From: Eledone cirrhosa
Taxonomy: Eukaryota
Direction of reading: 5' to 3'
DNA length: 64,000 nucleotides
Assembly: GCA_964016885.1 (NCBI GenBank)
Contig: OZ024756.1
Coordinates: 9,176,001-9,240,000 of the forward strand
In this document: in pieces, positions 26,404 to 40,645 of the stretch
Numbering within the stretch: position 1 is the stretch's first letter
Layout: every line of letters starts with the position of its first letter
Position numbers and translations under genes: made by a program
The notes under the pieces: model-generated
Seen by the model: only the letters and a program-made list of their open reading frames with translations
The model's database searches: none
Told to the model about the DNA's origin: nothing

Positions 26404-28024
26404 CCATGTACTGTGTAGATGTTAACCTGTGTAAAACCATTTCGATGATGTTAGGGAATCAATTGTTTGCTACACAGCAGCTTACCTGATGGAATTTACC
26501 AATGTTACTAGCTATGAATCTCTCTTAAAATGGCTTGGAGCAGATCACTGCTTTAACATGGGACAAGGCACCGACAATATTATTTCAGAGAATTTATCTA
26601 TAATATTGGCGAATAATCGAATTTATTCTCAACATGGATTTATGTCTTCTAGATATTCAAACAACGACTTACTTGCTTTATCCTTGTTGAAAACAACGCA
26701 ATAACAGTAACATATAACTTGTTAATGAACCTTAGATACAATACAACATTACTTTAGTCAATGAAAAGATACAAATTATTTTGAAAGCCTTTTAGAAATT
26801 TCATTTTCGAGAAGTATTTTATCACTAATCCTTCTCTCTCTTTTTGCACCGTACACTTATTCTTTTCCACTGCATCATAAATTCGTTGACGGATCACTCG
26901 AGTTTCTTTAGAAATATGCAACTGTGAATTATATCGCAAGTCACATCGATGAGAGTAAATAATGGTCCGTTTGATGTTGTGTCTGAGGCAACACTAATAG
27001 AGGTAAGAATAGTTCCACATAGTTAAATATATACACACACATATTCCTCCTGCTTATTATTAAGGTACCTTCCTACTTCATTTCGTATAAAACTATCTTC
27101 ATCTCTTTGGCATCAACTAACAAATACGCGTGTACTTCAAATTTCCCTTTGATGTCTTTAATATATCGATTACTTTTATATAAACTGTAAAAATCATTGT
27201 AATATATAACACACTTATGTATATGTTTCGTTTAACTTTGTTAATTTCAATCAAGCATTTAACAAAAATTTAATTTGTCTTATTCCAATTTCATTTAAAT
27301 ATCATATTTCTAATGTTTTTCAGGTTTGAAAAGAGACTTTGTGTTTTAAAAAAATTAAGAAAAACATTTTTTAAATGAATAAATATAATGATAATCTCTT
27401 TGGTTTAAATATTTTCCCTAAAAATATTCAATAAACACTATCTTTATAGAAATAATTAGGAGTAGAGTTAAGCTATGATCGAATGGGGCCCGGTTTGGCA
27501 CATCTGTCAAATACTTAAAGCTGATAATGTCCTTGAAAAAAAACCCATAAACGTCACAGAATCCAGTTTTCTTTTTAGAAATCTAAGGTTTTCTTCTGCG
27601 ACAAATCAATAATTGTCATTTCACTGTCTACATATTTCTTCACATTTCACTTTTTCTGTGATGTGTCATATGGAGTTTTCTGTTGTTTTTCTAATTTGGA
27701 AATGGTCGAATTATTTATACCTCCACCTCATTCAAACATTCCATTTATTGCTTTCATATCTTCATATCTTGCTCTCTTGTTTTTCTTCTTTTGGAGAGTT
27801 TATTTAACAATTCGTAATTATTTATTAATGGTTTTAAATAATTAATTACAGTGTATTGTTAGCAGGTTTATCAATGAGGATTTATGTGCAGAAATAAATA
27901 ATTAAGGAAATACAACATATTTGGCCTCCTGTAATTTCACTATATAATATACACACATATATATTAGAAAGAGTCGGAGCCCGACGGTTGAGCTCTTGCC
28001 ATTTCGAGAGCTAATTCTAGACCC

Positions 28025-28056
<32 letters not shown>

Positions 28057-30205
28057 TTATTTATTTATATTTATAATGATGTCGATATATTTTTATGAAA
28101 AAAAAAAAAAATAATAATAATAATAACTTGAAGATTTCTTCGTTAATCTTTAGAAAAATAATATTGAAAAATCGAAGAACTCAAAACTTTCGAACGTCAA
28201 ATATTTGATTATATGGTTAGCAGTGAGATGGTTCAACTGATAGATATATATATTTATATATATATATAAATTATATATATAATTTCGAGAATAATATGGC
28301 TCAGTCATATTATCTTCGATATGATGAAAGCACCTTACTTAAAATCAACTCTAACTGCAGTCTCCAAATACCTTAATTAGTTGACCAGCTTCAAAACAGC
28401 TGGGATTTTTAGACAAAATTATGAATGGCCTTCTTCACTGCTACACATCAGACGTAGTATAGTGGAAACGTAAATCAGATATGCTCTGATAATACAGAGC
28501 ACTTAATAGGTATATCGCAAAGATTTTCTGCAGATATGATTTTAAGAATTTCTTTTTATCTAGTGGCTGTTTATGTAACCACCGTTCAAGATTTCTACGA
28601 TTTGAATGGAATAGCCTGAAAATAAACAACAACCACCCCATTCTCGTTCATGTATCTAAAATGGACCACAGATGTATTATGGTGTGTCTTATCTCCACCA
28701 AACGTATTCTTAATAATCATAGAAGGAAGAAACATTTAGAATGATATTTAAAGTAAATTGTTACACGATGCTCCTACATACAAATGCATATATATATATG
28801 TGTGTGTGTGTGTGTTGAAAACAAAGCGAGGTTTCACATTAAGGTCTGTATTTATTATAAACAGTTATGATCGTTTCACAGATGGGTGTCTTAGGATCTA
28901 TATTAATGCTATAGACCCGACTCTAGTCTGATCTGCTCATCAGATTTGTTAACCAAGCAAAGCCAAAATCTCATATATATATATATTTACGTGTGTAATG
29001 ATCGTTTTTACGAGAAGTGGATCTATATAGTAAATTACTGATCAACTTATAGAAGGAGTGAAAGGGTAGATCAATCTTCAATCTTGCCCTAATCCACTGT
29101 TTTTCAGTCATCTGCGGTGGTCGATAGAATAAGTTCCAGTGATAAACTGGGGATCGATTCAGTCGCCTATACTCCCAACCGTGACGAAATTTAAACCTTA
29201 TAACTCTAAGGTCAGAAAGCAATATTTCCACTGAGCTGGCAAAGAGCCAAACCAAAATAGTTCCAAGTCGATATAGCACGCACTAATAATATACTACGGT
29301 CGGTTATACCGTTAATAAAATTGGTCTTTTGGTTATCCCTAAAAACCTATATTGGTACTGTTGGTTTGTAATGAACTTCAGTTAGTGTTGCCAGCGATCC
29401 AGTCATGTACACACCACTAAATCTCTTAAGAACACGTCAAGCATTCTATTTCACTCTGTATCTCTAACGGTGTTCGTATTTAGTGGAAATGGGTTTGCTG
29501 TACCCGTGTGTAATGATTTTAACCAATTCATCATCATCATCATCATTATCATCATCGTTTAACATCCATTTTGTTTTCCACGCTAGCATGGGTTAGACGA
29601 GTTGCCCTGTTATGAAACAAGCCAGATCAGGTGACTGTGTCTTGCTGCTCATACAGAACTGTTTCTGGCTTGGTTTCTACAGCTGGATGCCCTGCCGCCT
29701 AACATTAACTACATTTACAGCATTACTGGGTGCTTTTTATCGTGGCACCAAAACGACCACGTTACAGGGTGGAACAAGTGCTTTTTGTCGTGTCTCCTAC
29801 ATGGCTGCTTTACAGTGTGGACTGGGTGCTTTTTGTCGTGGCACCAACACTACCACCTTACAGAGTGGACTGGGTGTTTTTTGTCATGTCACCAACACTA
29901 CCACCTTGCAAGGTGGACTGGGTGTTTTTTGTCGTGTCACTAACACAACTGCCTTACAGAGTGGACTTATTTGTCATGTCAGTTGACATATAATTGAGGC
30001 TGCTTTTTCTCACTACCCAAGCAGCTATATTCAACATACATGTAACCTGTTGAATATAGCCAGCTGGTCAGAGATTGAGAAAATGCTGTCCTGTTTTCTT
30101 AAGTAATTTATAAAAGTTTTATTCTCCAAATTTGCAATAATAAAGAGAAAAGATTAAAGAGCAAAAACAAGGGAAGGAAGGAGCATCAGATTGTACACCT
30201 TACCT

Positions 30206-30549
30206 GGAGGCACATGGCTTAGTGGTTAGAGCATTGGCCTTGCAATCGAAAGGTTGTGAGTTCAATTCTCAGACCGGGTGATGTGTTGTTTCCTTGAGCA
30301 AGACACTTTATTTCACATTGCTCCAGTTTACTCAGCTGTAGAAATGAGATGATAGGGACTGGGGTCCCTATCATTCCACTGTAAAGTGGTCATGGAGGTG
30401 CCACAGCAAAAAAGGACCCAGCACTCACTGTAAATGAGGTTGGTGTTAGGAAGGGCATCCAGCTGTAGATATCAAGCCAGAATCAGTTCCCGTCGCACCC
30501 TTGCAAGCAGGGAAAAAGCGGACGTAAAATGAAATGATGATGATGATGA
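30206..30549 (+). mobile_element. SINE family A copy
   Basis: Near-identical to 767-1102. Confidence 0.88.
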
Positions 30550-30558
30550 CCTCTAGAG

Positions 30559-31239
30559 CAGCGTTTCTCAATCTTTTTACCCTTGTAGAACCCTTGAAAT
30601 AGTTTTCATGTCTCAGGAAAACCCTTCTTCACCCACTTATTCCTGAGCGGCTCATGGAGACAGGGTCCTCAAACACTCCTTCCAGCGGGTCCTGTCAGAA
30701 GCAACTGTCTCCAACTGATTCGGCTGGATCTCTCAAGCGAGACCAGCCAAGCTCATGGATGTTATCCAAACATCTTGCTCAGGGTCCACCCCTAGATCTC
30801 CTGCCAGTTGGTTTTGCTCATAAAATCAGTCCAGCAATTCTTTCCTGAGACATTCTAACCACATGTCCATAGTATCAGAGCTGTGATCTCTCAGTTCAGA
30901 GAAGTAGCGGCTCTACTTGGAGTGACTGATCTCCGAGTTACACACTCTATCGAGTAACATTAATCCAAAGACTCTTTGGAAGAACCCCATTTTGGCCATG
31001 TATATTGCATTATCAATATCTATCCCTTTTATATTTTAATCATAGTTCATGTGATAAACATATATATATATTTTTTTTTTTACGGATAACTAGTAATTAT
31101 AAAATTAAACAAAAATTACTCAAAAATGCATTAATTTATTTATCACTGTTTGTTGTGGAACTCCTAGTGACCTTTTGTAGACCCTAGTGACCTTTTGAAG
31201 AACCCTAATGTTCCGGCGAATACTGGTTGAAAAACGCTG
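30559..31239. mobile_element. hAT/Charlie-like MITE interrupted by a LINE fragment
   Basis: TIR CAGCGTTTCTCAA / TTGAAAAACGCTG; left flank CTCTAGAG. Confidence 0.72.
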
Positions 31240-31539
31240 CTGGTATATATATCTCAGCTGTGCCTTGTGGACAAAATGACAAAGTTAAAGAATAAAGGAA
31301 TGCAGAAAAGAGTTGTCTAACCCATGTAACTATAGAACAGAGTTGTCTAACCCATGTAACTATAGAGAAGCTAGACACAGTAGAGTCTAAATAGCTAGAG
31401 ATAATCTAAGAGATTAATAATAATGATGATGATGATTATGATATTTAAAGTCCTTAGAAATGTTCTAAAATTTGGTTATATACTTCTATAATTCTACTGT
31501 ACTGTGTTTTGTATTTATACCATTCCATATATTTATACT

Positions 31540-32006
31540 TCTCAACTTACCAACAAGCTAAAACTGGAAATATTCCAAGCAACCATTAAGCCCATATTAC
31601 TTTATGGATCCGAAACTTGGACACTAACATCACAACTTGAGAGGAGATTGGATGGCACATATACCCGCCTCTTAATGAGAGTGCAAAACCTCTCCTGGAA
31701 ACGACATCCCACCTTGTCTAAAATCTATGGCAAACTCCCTCGAGCCTCTGCCCTTCTAAAATCCCGGAGAGCTCAATCTGCTGGCCACTGTCACCGTGCC
31801 AGCAATGAAATCATATCCGCTCTCTTGCTCTGGAACCCTGACTCCAGCCTGACTAGGAGTAGGAAGCTGTCATTCCCTGACGTTATCTCTAGGGATACGG
31901 GAATCAGTAGACAGGACCTGGGGGCAGCGATGGGGGACAGGGAATTCTGGGGCATGAGAGTGAGATCCATCATCTCGACAGTAGTCGACGAATGATGATG
32001 ATGATG
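31540..32006 (+). mobile_element. 3' end of a third RTE/RTEX-like LINE family
   Basis: PILLYGSETWTLT..RLDGTYTRLLMR..GHC.R; (ATG)n tail. Confidence 0.82.
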
Positions 32007-32007
32007 A

Positions 32008-32455
32008 TATTTATACCATTACCATTCCATATATTTATACCATTACCATTCCATATATTTATACCATTACCATTCTATATATTTATTCCATTACCATTCC
32101 ATATATTTATACCATTACCATTCCATATATTTATACCATTACCATTCTATATATTTATACCATTACCATTCCATATATTTATACCATTACCATTCTATAT
32201 ATTTATTCCATTACCATTCCATATATTTATACCATTACCATTCCATATATTTATACCATTACCATTCCATATATTTATACCATTACCATTCTATATATTT
32301 ATACCATTACCATTCCATATATTTATACCATTACCATTCCATATATTTATACCATTACCATTCCATATATTTATACCATTACCATTCCATATATTTATAC
32401 CATTACCATTCCATATATTTATACCATTACCATTCTATATATTTATACCATTCTA
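32008..32455. repeat. 24-bp minisatellite
   Basis: ATATTTATACCATTACCATTCCAT x~18. Confidence 0.93.
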
Positions 32456-32529
32456 TGTCATATACTTCCACTGCTTTCTTATTCTAATAATGTTCATTAT
32501 ATTTTTGTTTTTAATTGTAGGTTAAAAAA

Positions 32530-33208
32530 ATGCCTCCAACTCGATTTCATCCCTACCATGGGGAGAATATTCAATTATTTCACGAAAATCTGGTGGCTTA
32601 CCGTAAAACAAGTTTTGCTCATGCACTAACATTTAGTGAAGAACCTCTGAAACCAGGTGAGATCTTCCTTGTAGAAATTGAAAAGACAGAGCGTGGATGG
32701 AGTGGTCATTTACGCATCGGTCTAACACAATTCGATCCACGAAACCATTTCAAATTACCACAGTATGCCCTACCAGATCTGGCTAACATGGGAAAATCTT
32801 GGATCTATGCTGTGAATAAATCTCACAATCGTATTTTTACTGGGAATATTGAAATTGATGAAGATCAGTCTACAGAACCTTACCAGCCTGTGGTAGGAAA
32901 TGAAGATTTAATTCAAACTCCACGAGGTACTTTTAGTCGTAGTCTTCTCTTACCTGTACGATTCCCCATGGAACGTAAAAATGGCTACTGTATTCCAAAG
33001 AAAGGAAGTATCTTGCCAACCGATGTTGGTAGTCGAATAGGTATCATGTATGTAATAAATGATGACCGTGCTGAGATGCATTTCATCATTAATGGACTAG
33101 ATCAAGGACCTTGTGCCAAAAATATACCTTACCAAGATGGTCCTTTATATGCCATAGTGGATGTTTATGGTACAACTAAACAAGTACGGATTATTCAACT
33201 CTATGGAG
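32530..33208 (+). CDS. NEURL2: NEURL2-like (neuralized-like protein 2) coding exon with NHR domain
   Basis: [51 protein letters not shown]; acceptor ttgtag at 32515-32520 just before the ATG; donor GGAG|GTTTGT. Confidence 0.92.
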
Positions 33209-33960
33209 GTTTGTATATTTTTTTACTGACCCAGCAGTTATTTGGTTGTTATGTTGTCCTAATATTACCAAAAATAGTGAAACACACACACAGTAATATG
33301 CAAATTGTTAACTATATAACCCTTCAGATCTCTAATATTCCTCTAATTCATAATCACTCGAGTAACTATATACTCTATTTTTTTTTAAACAGTATAGATT
33401 AAAAAATGTACTGCTAAATTTCATGATTTGCCTGTAAATGTGGTTGGCGTTAGGAAGGGTACCTAGCCGTAGAAATCAAGCCAAAATCAGTTCTGTGTGA
33501 GCGAAACATAGTCCTCCAATCTAATCTCTCACAAAAGGACAGCCTGTCCTACCCCTGCTAGCATGGAAAATGGACGTTAAACGATGATGATGATGACACT
33601 CACTGTTTGGTTTGCTTTTCGCTTCAGTATATTTTTTATAAATAATTTAATTGGCAATCAATGTTTATCATTGACCAATAGTTAAAAATATAGATATAAT
33701 TTCCCAAAGTTTTTTTGTCACACATTTCTGTGGCATCATCAGTGATTATCGCTGTGTTTCCTCCTGTTGTGTTTCTATAAGGTTTTTCTGTCTCTGTTTC
33801 AATATACACAATTTCATATCAAAAACCTTGCAAAACAAATACATTGCCGCTTTTTAAAATGTTTTTTTTTCTCCCTTTCAAGGTAGCATATATCTGTTGA
33901 ATATATATTTAGTGAGAGGTGTTTTATTGCATAGAACTGTTTAAGAGTATATATAAACAA

Positions 33961-34672
33961 TATGCTCCACTGGATGTGTAATAGTAATATACGTGAATGG
34001 CAAAGCATAAACAAACTAAGGGAAAAATTAGAAATAAGAGGGATCAGATGTTGTTTACTTGAGAGAAGACTACGTTGGTATGGTCACGTGATGCGCATGA
34101 AAGATGACAGCTGTATAAAAAAGTGCAGGGCAATAAAAATAGACGGTAGCCACGGAGTAGGCAGACCCAGAAAAACCTGGGACGACTTGATAAATTCCGA
34201 CCTCACACACTTACACCTCTCCAAGACAATGTCACTGGACCGAGATCTTTGGCGCTACACAGTAATAGAGAAGACCCGCCTTACCTAAGTACAAAGTGAA
34301 ACCTACTACAGTCAGTAGGCACCTCTAACAAAATACACCCCCGTCCCACTACCCCCACCCCATCCACACCACCCCTTTCAATGTAAAGTTATGTTGGTAC
34401 CACAACATCCAGCCCGAAACAAATGAGGTCGTGTAGGTGTCACGACAAAAAAACACACAGTCCACGCTGTAATGTGGCCGTGTAGGCAACACGGTAAAAA
34501 CCTCCCAGTCCACACTGTAAATGTGGTTGGTGTTAGGAAGGGCATCCAGTCGTAGAAAACCCGCCAGACAGTCTTATGCGAGCAAGACAACCACTCTTGC
34601 CTCAAATGGGAAAACTCCTGTCCAAACCCATGCAAGCGTGGAATGTGAACGTTAAATGATGATGATGATGAT
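33961..34672 (+). mobile_element. RTE LINE 3' fragment
   Basis: LRWYGHV..GRPRKTW, 3'UTR, (ATG)n tail. Confidence 0.88.
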
Positions 34673-35229
34673 AAACACAATATATATTAAAGGACAGTGC
34701 CCCAGCATGGCTTCCTTATATATAGGAAGGGCATCTAGCTGTAAAAACTCCAGCCAAATTTACAGTTCTGTCAGAGCAAAGTACGATGTGGTCAATTCTG
34801 GTCAGAGTTGTCTTTCAACTCGGACGACCCGTTTAACCCATGCAAACATGGTCAATGGACATTAAACGGTGATGATGATGATGATATAATGAATATGAAA
34901 TAGTCAAAAGAAACAAATCAATAGAAATCAATGAAAGAAAAAGAAAGTGGCATTGTAAAAGACTATAAATAGGAATAAGAGGGAAAGGGTGAGGATTACT
35001 AAGCAATGAAAGAAAGGGGGAAGGAATGAGAGTGGTGTTTCAGCTATGACCTGAGGACAATGACACCTTCTGCAACAACCACCCCCACCTCACAGGGCTC
35101 CTTCCTCAGGTAGGTTGCTGTCATTCTGATTTAACAGAGGAGGTCAGTTGTACATGGTCTGAGGACGCTTGAGGTCTCGACAGTGACTGGGGCAAAGAGG
35201 AAGTGGCTGGACAAGCCCTGATAGGAAGA

Positions 35230-36030
35230 AGTGGTAGTGTCATAACAGAAGCACCCAGTCCACCCTGTAATGTGGTGGTGCTATGACAGAGGCACCTAGT
35301 CCACCCTGTAATATGGTGGTGGTGCTATGACAGAATCACCCAGTCCACCCTGTAATGTGGTGGTGTCATAACAGAATCACCCAGTCCACCCTGTAATGTG
35401 GTGGTGTCATAACAGAATCACTCAGTCCACCCTGTAATGTGGTGGTGTCATAACAGAATCACCCAGTCCACCCTGTAATGTGGTGGTGTCATAACAGAAT
35501 CACCCAGTCCACCCTGTAATGTGGTGGTGTCATAACAGAATCACCCAGTCCACCCTGTAATGTGGTGGTGTCATAACAGAATCACCCAGTCCACCCTGTA
35601 ATGTGGTGGTGCTATGACAGAATCACCCAGTCCACCCTGTAATGTGGTGGTGCTATGACAGAATCACCCAGTCCACCCTGTAATGTGGTGGTGGTGCTAT
35701 GACAGAATCACCCAGTCCACCCTGTAATATGGTGGTCGTGGTGGTGCTATGACAGAGGCACCTAGTCCACCCTGTAATGTGGTGGTGGTGCTATGACAGA
35801 GATACCCAGTCCACCCTGTAATGTGGTGGTGGTGGTGGTGGTGCTATGACAGAGGCACCTAGTCCACCCTGTAATGTGGTGGTGGTGCTATGACAGAAGC
35901 ACCCAGTCAACCTGTAATATGGTGGTGGTGGTGGTGCTATGACAGAAGCACCTAGTCCACCCTGTAATGGTGGTAGTGTTGGTGCCACAGCGAAAAGCAC
36001 TCAGTCCTCCGTCTAATGTGGTAGTGCTAA
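35230..36030. repeat. ~39-bp array derived from a LINE 3'UTR
   Basis: CACCCAGTCCACCCTGTAATGTGGTGGTG units followed by an RTE tail. Confidence 0.88.
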
Positions 36031-36639
36031 AGCATGATAAAATGTTCCCAATACTCAATGTTAAGTGGTCTGCATAAGGAAGGGCATCCAACCATAGAAG
36101 CCAAACCAAAAATTGGAATGTACAAGACATGATGGATACCTGACTTGTCAAACCACCTTACCCATATAAACAGGAAAAATATATGATGATAATGGTTTAA
36201 CCCTTTAGTATTTACATTACTTTATATTTACTATTATATTTTCATGGTAAAAACTTTATCTCGCATAATATTGAATCTACAAGATTTCGATATCATTTAT
36301 TTTGACAACAATACCTTAACATCAGTATGAGCAGCCAGTTATGGCCGGTTTGAAGAGAAAAAGGTAAGAGAATCCTGGCAAGTTTAAATGCTAAAGAATT
36401 GTCAGATACAGAGACTGGTATTTAAAATTTTGAAGTAGTGAATCGATAAACCAAATAACTGTTCATCAATATTGTTTTTACATTGACTTTTCCATGCTGG
36501 CATGGGTTGGATGGGACTTTTTGAGGCAGTATTTTACAGCTGGATGCCCTTTTTCACGTCAACCCATTTAGTTGTTTCATACACCGTACAGGCATACTGT
36601 GTACCTATTCTAAACTTGATACACCCAGCTTACATCATG

Positions 36640-37458
36640 CAGGGATACAGGGTACCTATTCTAAAACAGAGGCACATAGTTTACAATATACAGGGATACA
36701 GGGTACCTATTCTAAAACAGAGGCACATAGTTTACAATATACAGGGTTACAGGGTACCTATTCTAAAACAGAGGCACATAGTTTACAATATACAGGGATA
36801 CAGGGTACCTATTCTAAAACAGGCACATAGTTTACAGGGATACAGTGTACCTATTCTAAAACAGAGGCACATAGTTTACAATATACAGGGATACAGTGTA
36901 CCTATTCTAAAACAGAGGCACATAGTTTACAATATACAGGGATACAGGGTACCTATTCTAAAACAGAGGCACATAGTTTACAATATACAGGGTTACAGGG
37001 TACCTATTCTAAAACAGAGGCACATAGTTTACAATATACAGGGATACAGGGTACCTATTCTAAAACAGGCACATAGTTTACAGGGATACAGTGTACCTAT
37101 TCTAAAACAGAGGCACATAGTTTACAATATACAGGGATACAGTGTACCTATTCTAAAACAGAGGCACATAGTTTACAATATACAGGGATACAGTGTACCT
37201 ATTCTAAAACAGAGGCACATAGTTTACAATATACAGGGATACAGTGTACCTATTCTAAAACAGAGGCACATAGTTTACAATATACAGGGATACAGGGTAC
37301 CTATTCTAAAACAGAGGCACATAGTTTACAATATATAGGGATACAGGGTACCTATTCTAAAACAGGCACATAGTTTACAATATATAGGGATATAGGGTAC
37401 CTATTCTAAAACAGAGGCACATAGTTTACAATATACAGGGATACAGGGTACCTATTCA
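36640..37458. repeat. 51-bp minisatellite
   Basis: CTAAAACAGAGGCACATAGTTTACAATATACAGGGATACAGGGTACCTATT. Confidence 0.93.
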
Positions 37459-38032
37459 AAATTGTGTATATATATATATAATCATCATCATCATACGTCC
37501 GCTTTTCCTTGCTTGCAAGGGTGGGACAGGTCCTTTTCATCACAGCATCTCTCCAGTCGTCACGGCCCCTCGTCATTTCCTCCGTGAGCTTCAGCGATCT
37601 GAGGTCTGCTCTCACCACCTCTGTCCATGATTTTCGTGATCTTCCTCTACTGCGTCTTCCTTCCACTGGGATTTCTTGGCACTTCTTTACCCAGCGGTCA
37701 TCCTCCGACTGCTGGGTCAAGAAGGGCAGTAGAGGAACTAGTTTTGTTAGGTCTTGGTTCCAGTTAATGTAAGAATTTCAAAGTGTTTAATTTAATAATA
37801 TTTATAGCTGTTCTAAAATAAATAACAAGATATCCTATAACAAACTTAATTTTGTTAAACCTGTTTTAAAGATACTCATCATCATCATCATCATCATTTA
37901 GCCTGTCCAATCCAGCAAGTATTGGACATGTCACAGACTATCAGTACTGACTACCTGACTTAGGATCCTGCACTCTACCAAGGGTGTTTTATTGTGCAGA
38001 TCACCAACATTAGAGAAATTTGTCATGTAGAT

Positions 38033-38334
38033 CAGTGTTTCCCAACTAAAATGGCAGATTTCTGGAGGGCCACAGAAATTTTATAATTTTTGTGGCATAT
38101 TTAGGGAAAATTGTAAAAATAAATATTGATAATAAATGGTTGTTTCATTGGAGATGCAGAATATTTTAGATATTTGTGAAATTGTGGGAGCAATAAATAG
38201 ACATAGTTGCATCTTTATTGGATATTTTCTATGTAAAATGGAAGTAATTCTTGACACTAATAATTTCATGGGCCACAGAAAGATTCTGGGTTTAAAGTGG
38301 GCCATGAGCTAAAAAAAAGGATTGGGAACCACTA
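38033..38334. mobile_element. hAT MITE with 8-bp TSD
   Basis: TIR CAGTGTTTCCCAA / TTGGGAACCACTA; TSD ATGTAGAT on both sides. Confidence 0.85.
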
Positions 38335-38419
38335 ATGTAGATCAACAACATAAGAGGAATTTGTCATGTCTTTAGTATAGCTGAAAAGACTTCCCAGCCC
38401 TTTGTTTGACAGGTTTTCT

Positions 38420-39113
38420 ATGGCTGCATTCTCTTCCTACCACTGACCACTTTACAGAGTGTACTGAGTGGCTGGGTTCTCTTCCTACCACTGACCACTT
38501 TACAGTGTACTGAGTAAATGGTTGGATTCTCTTCCTACCACTGACCACTTTACAGAGTGTACTGAGTAAATGGCTGAATTCTCTTCCTACCACTGACCAC
38601 TTTCCAGAGTGTACTGAGTAAATGGCTGGATTCTCTTCCTACCACTGACCACTTTACAGAGTGTACTGAGTAAATAGCTGGATTCTCTTCCTACCACTGA
38701 CCACTTTACAGGGTGTACTGAGTGGCTGGATTCTCTTCCTACCACTGACCACTTTACAGAGTGTACTGAGTGGCTGGGTCCTACCACTAACCACTTTACA
38801 GAGTGTACTGAGTAAATAGCTGGATTCTCTTCCTACCACTGACCACTTTACAGAGTGTACTGAGTAAATGGCTGGATTCTCTTCCTACCACTGACCACTT
38901 TACAGAGTGTACTGAGTAAAAGGCTCGATTCTCTTCCTACCACTGACCACTTTACAGAGTGTACTGAGTAAATAGCTGGATTCTCTTCCTACCACTGACC
39001 ACTTTACAGAGTGTACTGAGTGGCTGGATTCTCTTCTTACCACTGACCACTTTACAGAGTGTACTGAGTGGCTGGGTTCCTACCACTGACCACTTTACAG
39101 AGTGTACTGAGTG
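38420..39113. repeat. ~45-49-bp array derived from a LINE 3'UTR
   Basis: TTCCTACCACTGACCACTTTACAGAGTGTACTGAGT units. Confidence 0.88.
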
Positions 39114-39344
39114 TTTACCCCTGTGGATCATCAACTCCAGTGTTGTTATTATGTCTTTTGACACTAATGATAATTCCTCTTGACTCTTTGTTTGGCTGGT
39201 GATGATCATGATGATGATGACAAACTTAATTTCGTTATACCTGTGTTAATGATGTTAACGAGCCACATATTTGGGTTATTGACTTTGGTGAGTACCATAT
39301 TTCTCGGCGTCATATATATATATACATATAAATATATATATTTA

Positions 39345-39513
39345 CTGTATTTCTCAGCGTCAAAGACGTTACTTTTCCCCCTAAAATAAGTCTCACAAGT
39401 CTACCATGGGTCCTGGAGGCTGAACGTTGTTTATTATTTTTTTTTAAATGTTTGGATGTCAAAATTAGGGTGCGTCCACCAGGACGAAGCGTCTTTGGCG
39501 CCAGCAAATACAG
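39345..39513. mobile_element. Tc2/pogo-like MITE
   Basis: TA|CTGTATTTCTCAGCGTCAAAGACG ... CGTCTTTGGCGCCAGCAAATACAG|TA. Confidence 0.7.
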
Positions 39514-40645
39514 TAGTTTAATGATTAACAGAGATTTAGGGACTTTGGGGAGTATTTTAATGATTAACCCTTTAGTATTTACATTACTCTATATATACTA
39601 TTATATTTGGGGAAGGTCATGTAGTTATAATATTGCCAGAAATATATAGTAAAACACACTCACTGTTTGGTTTGGGTTGGTTTTCACTTCAGTATATTTT
39701 ATATTTCTATAATTAATTCAGCTGGCAATCAATGTTTATCATTGATTGACAAACAGTTAAAAATATAGATATAAATATAGTTTCTCTATATAATATTGTA
39801 TTTTTGTATTAAAGGTTTTATCTTACATAAGTATCTTACATCGAATCTACAAGATTTTGATGTTATTTATTTCGAGAACAATAAATACCTTAACGTCAGT
39901 ATGAGTGTCCATTTACGGCCGATGGGAACAGAAAGAGGTGAGAGAATTCTGGCCAGATACAGCTGGTTTAAATGCTAAAAGGTTAACAGGACAGATCTAT
40001 TATATTGATCAGATCTATTATATAGATCAGATATATTGACAGATCTAAATTACTTGATATGTTGCTTGGTGGTTTACACCTCTGAGTTAACTCTTTAGCA
40101 TTTAAACTGGCCATATCTGGCCAGAATTTATCACCTCTTTCTCTTCAAACCGGCCATAACTGGCCACTCATACTGATGTTAAGGTATTTTTCTCAAAATA
40201 AATAACATCAAAATCTCAGATTCAATATTATGTAAGATAATTATGTAAGATAAAGCCTTTTACCACAAAAATACAATAGTAAATATAGAGTAATGTAAAT
40301 GCTAAAGGGTTAAAATATATTTTTTTTATTCAACAAAATAAAATTAAACCATATTTAGTGTGAAATTATATTATATTAGTATAAAATTAAATTATAATTT
40401 GTATAAAACTATATTTAGTATAAAATGAAATTGTATTTAGTAGAAAATTAAACTATATTTTGTATAAAATGAAATTATATTTAGTAGAAAATTATATTTA
40501 GTCAAGATTAGACTTTTTCGGATAATTAACCTCAAATCTGAAGATTCAATAGAGTTCAATATTTATATGAACACCCTCATCAGTTGCTTTATTTCTTGGT
40601 ACAAAGTAAAATCTTGCATCAAACAACAAAATCCATAATCTAGGG

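Noticed and set aside
26489-26704. 71 aa ORF as a gene
   Set aside because: SQHGFM suggests at most an old CR1/Jockey-like RT scrap; too degenerate to call
33209-33402. C-terminal extension of the 290 aa ORF
   Set aside because: Intron read-through; a GT donor at 33209 joins in phase to the SOCS-box exon
40530-40590. CTGATGA motifs at ~40577, ~55507 and ~58140 (minus strand) as hammerheads
   Set aside because: No correctly placed GAAA or stem I/III pairing
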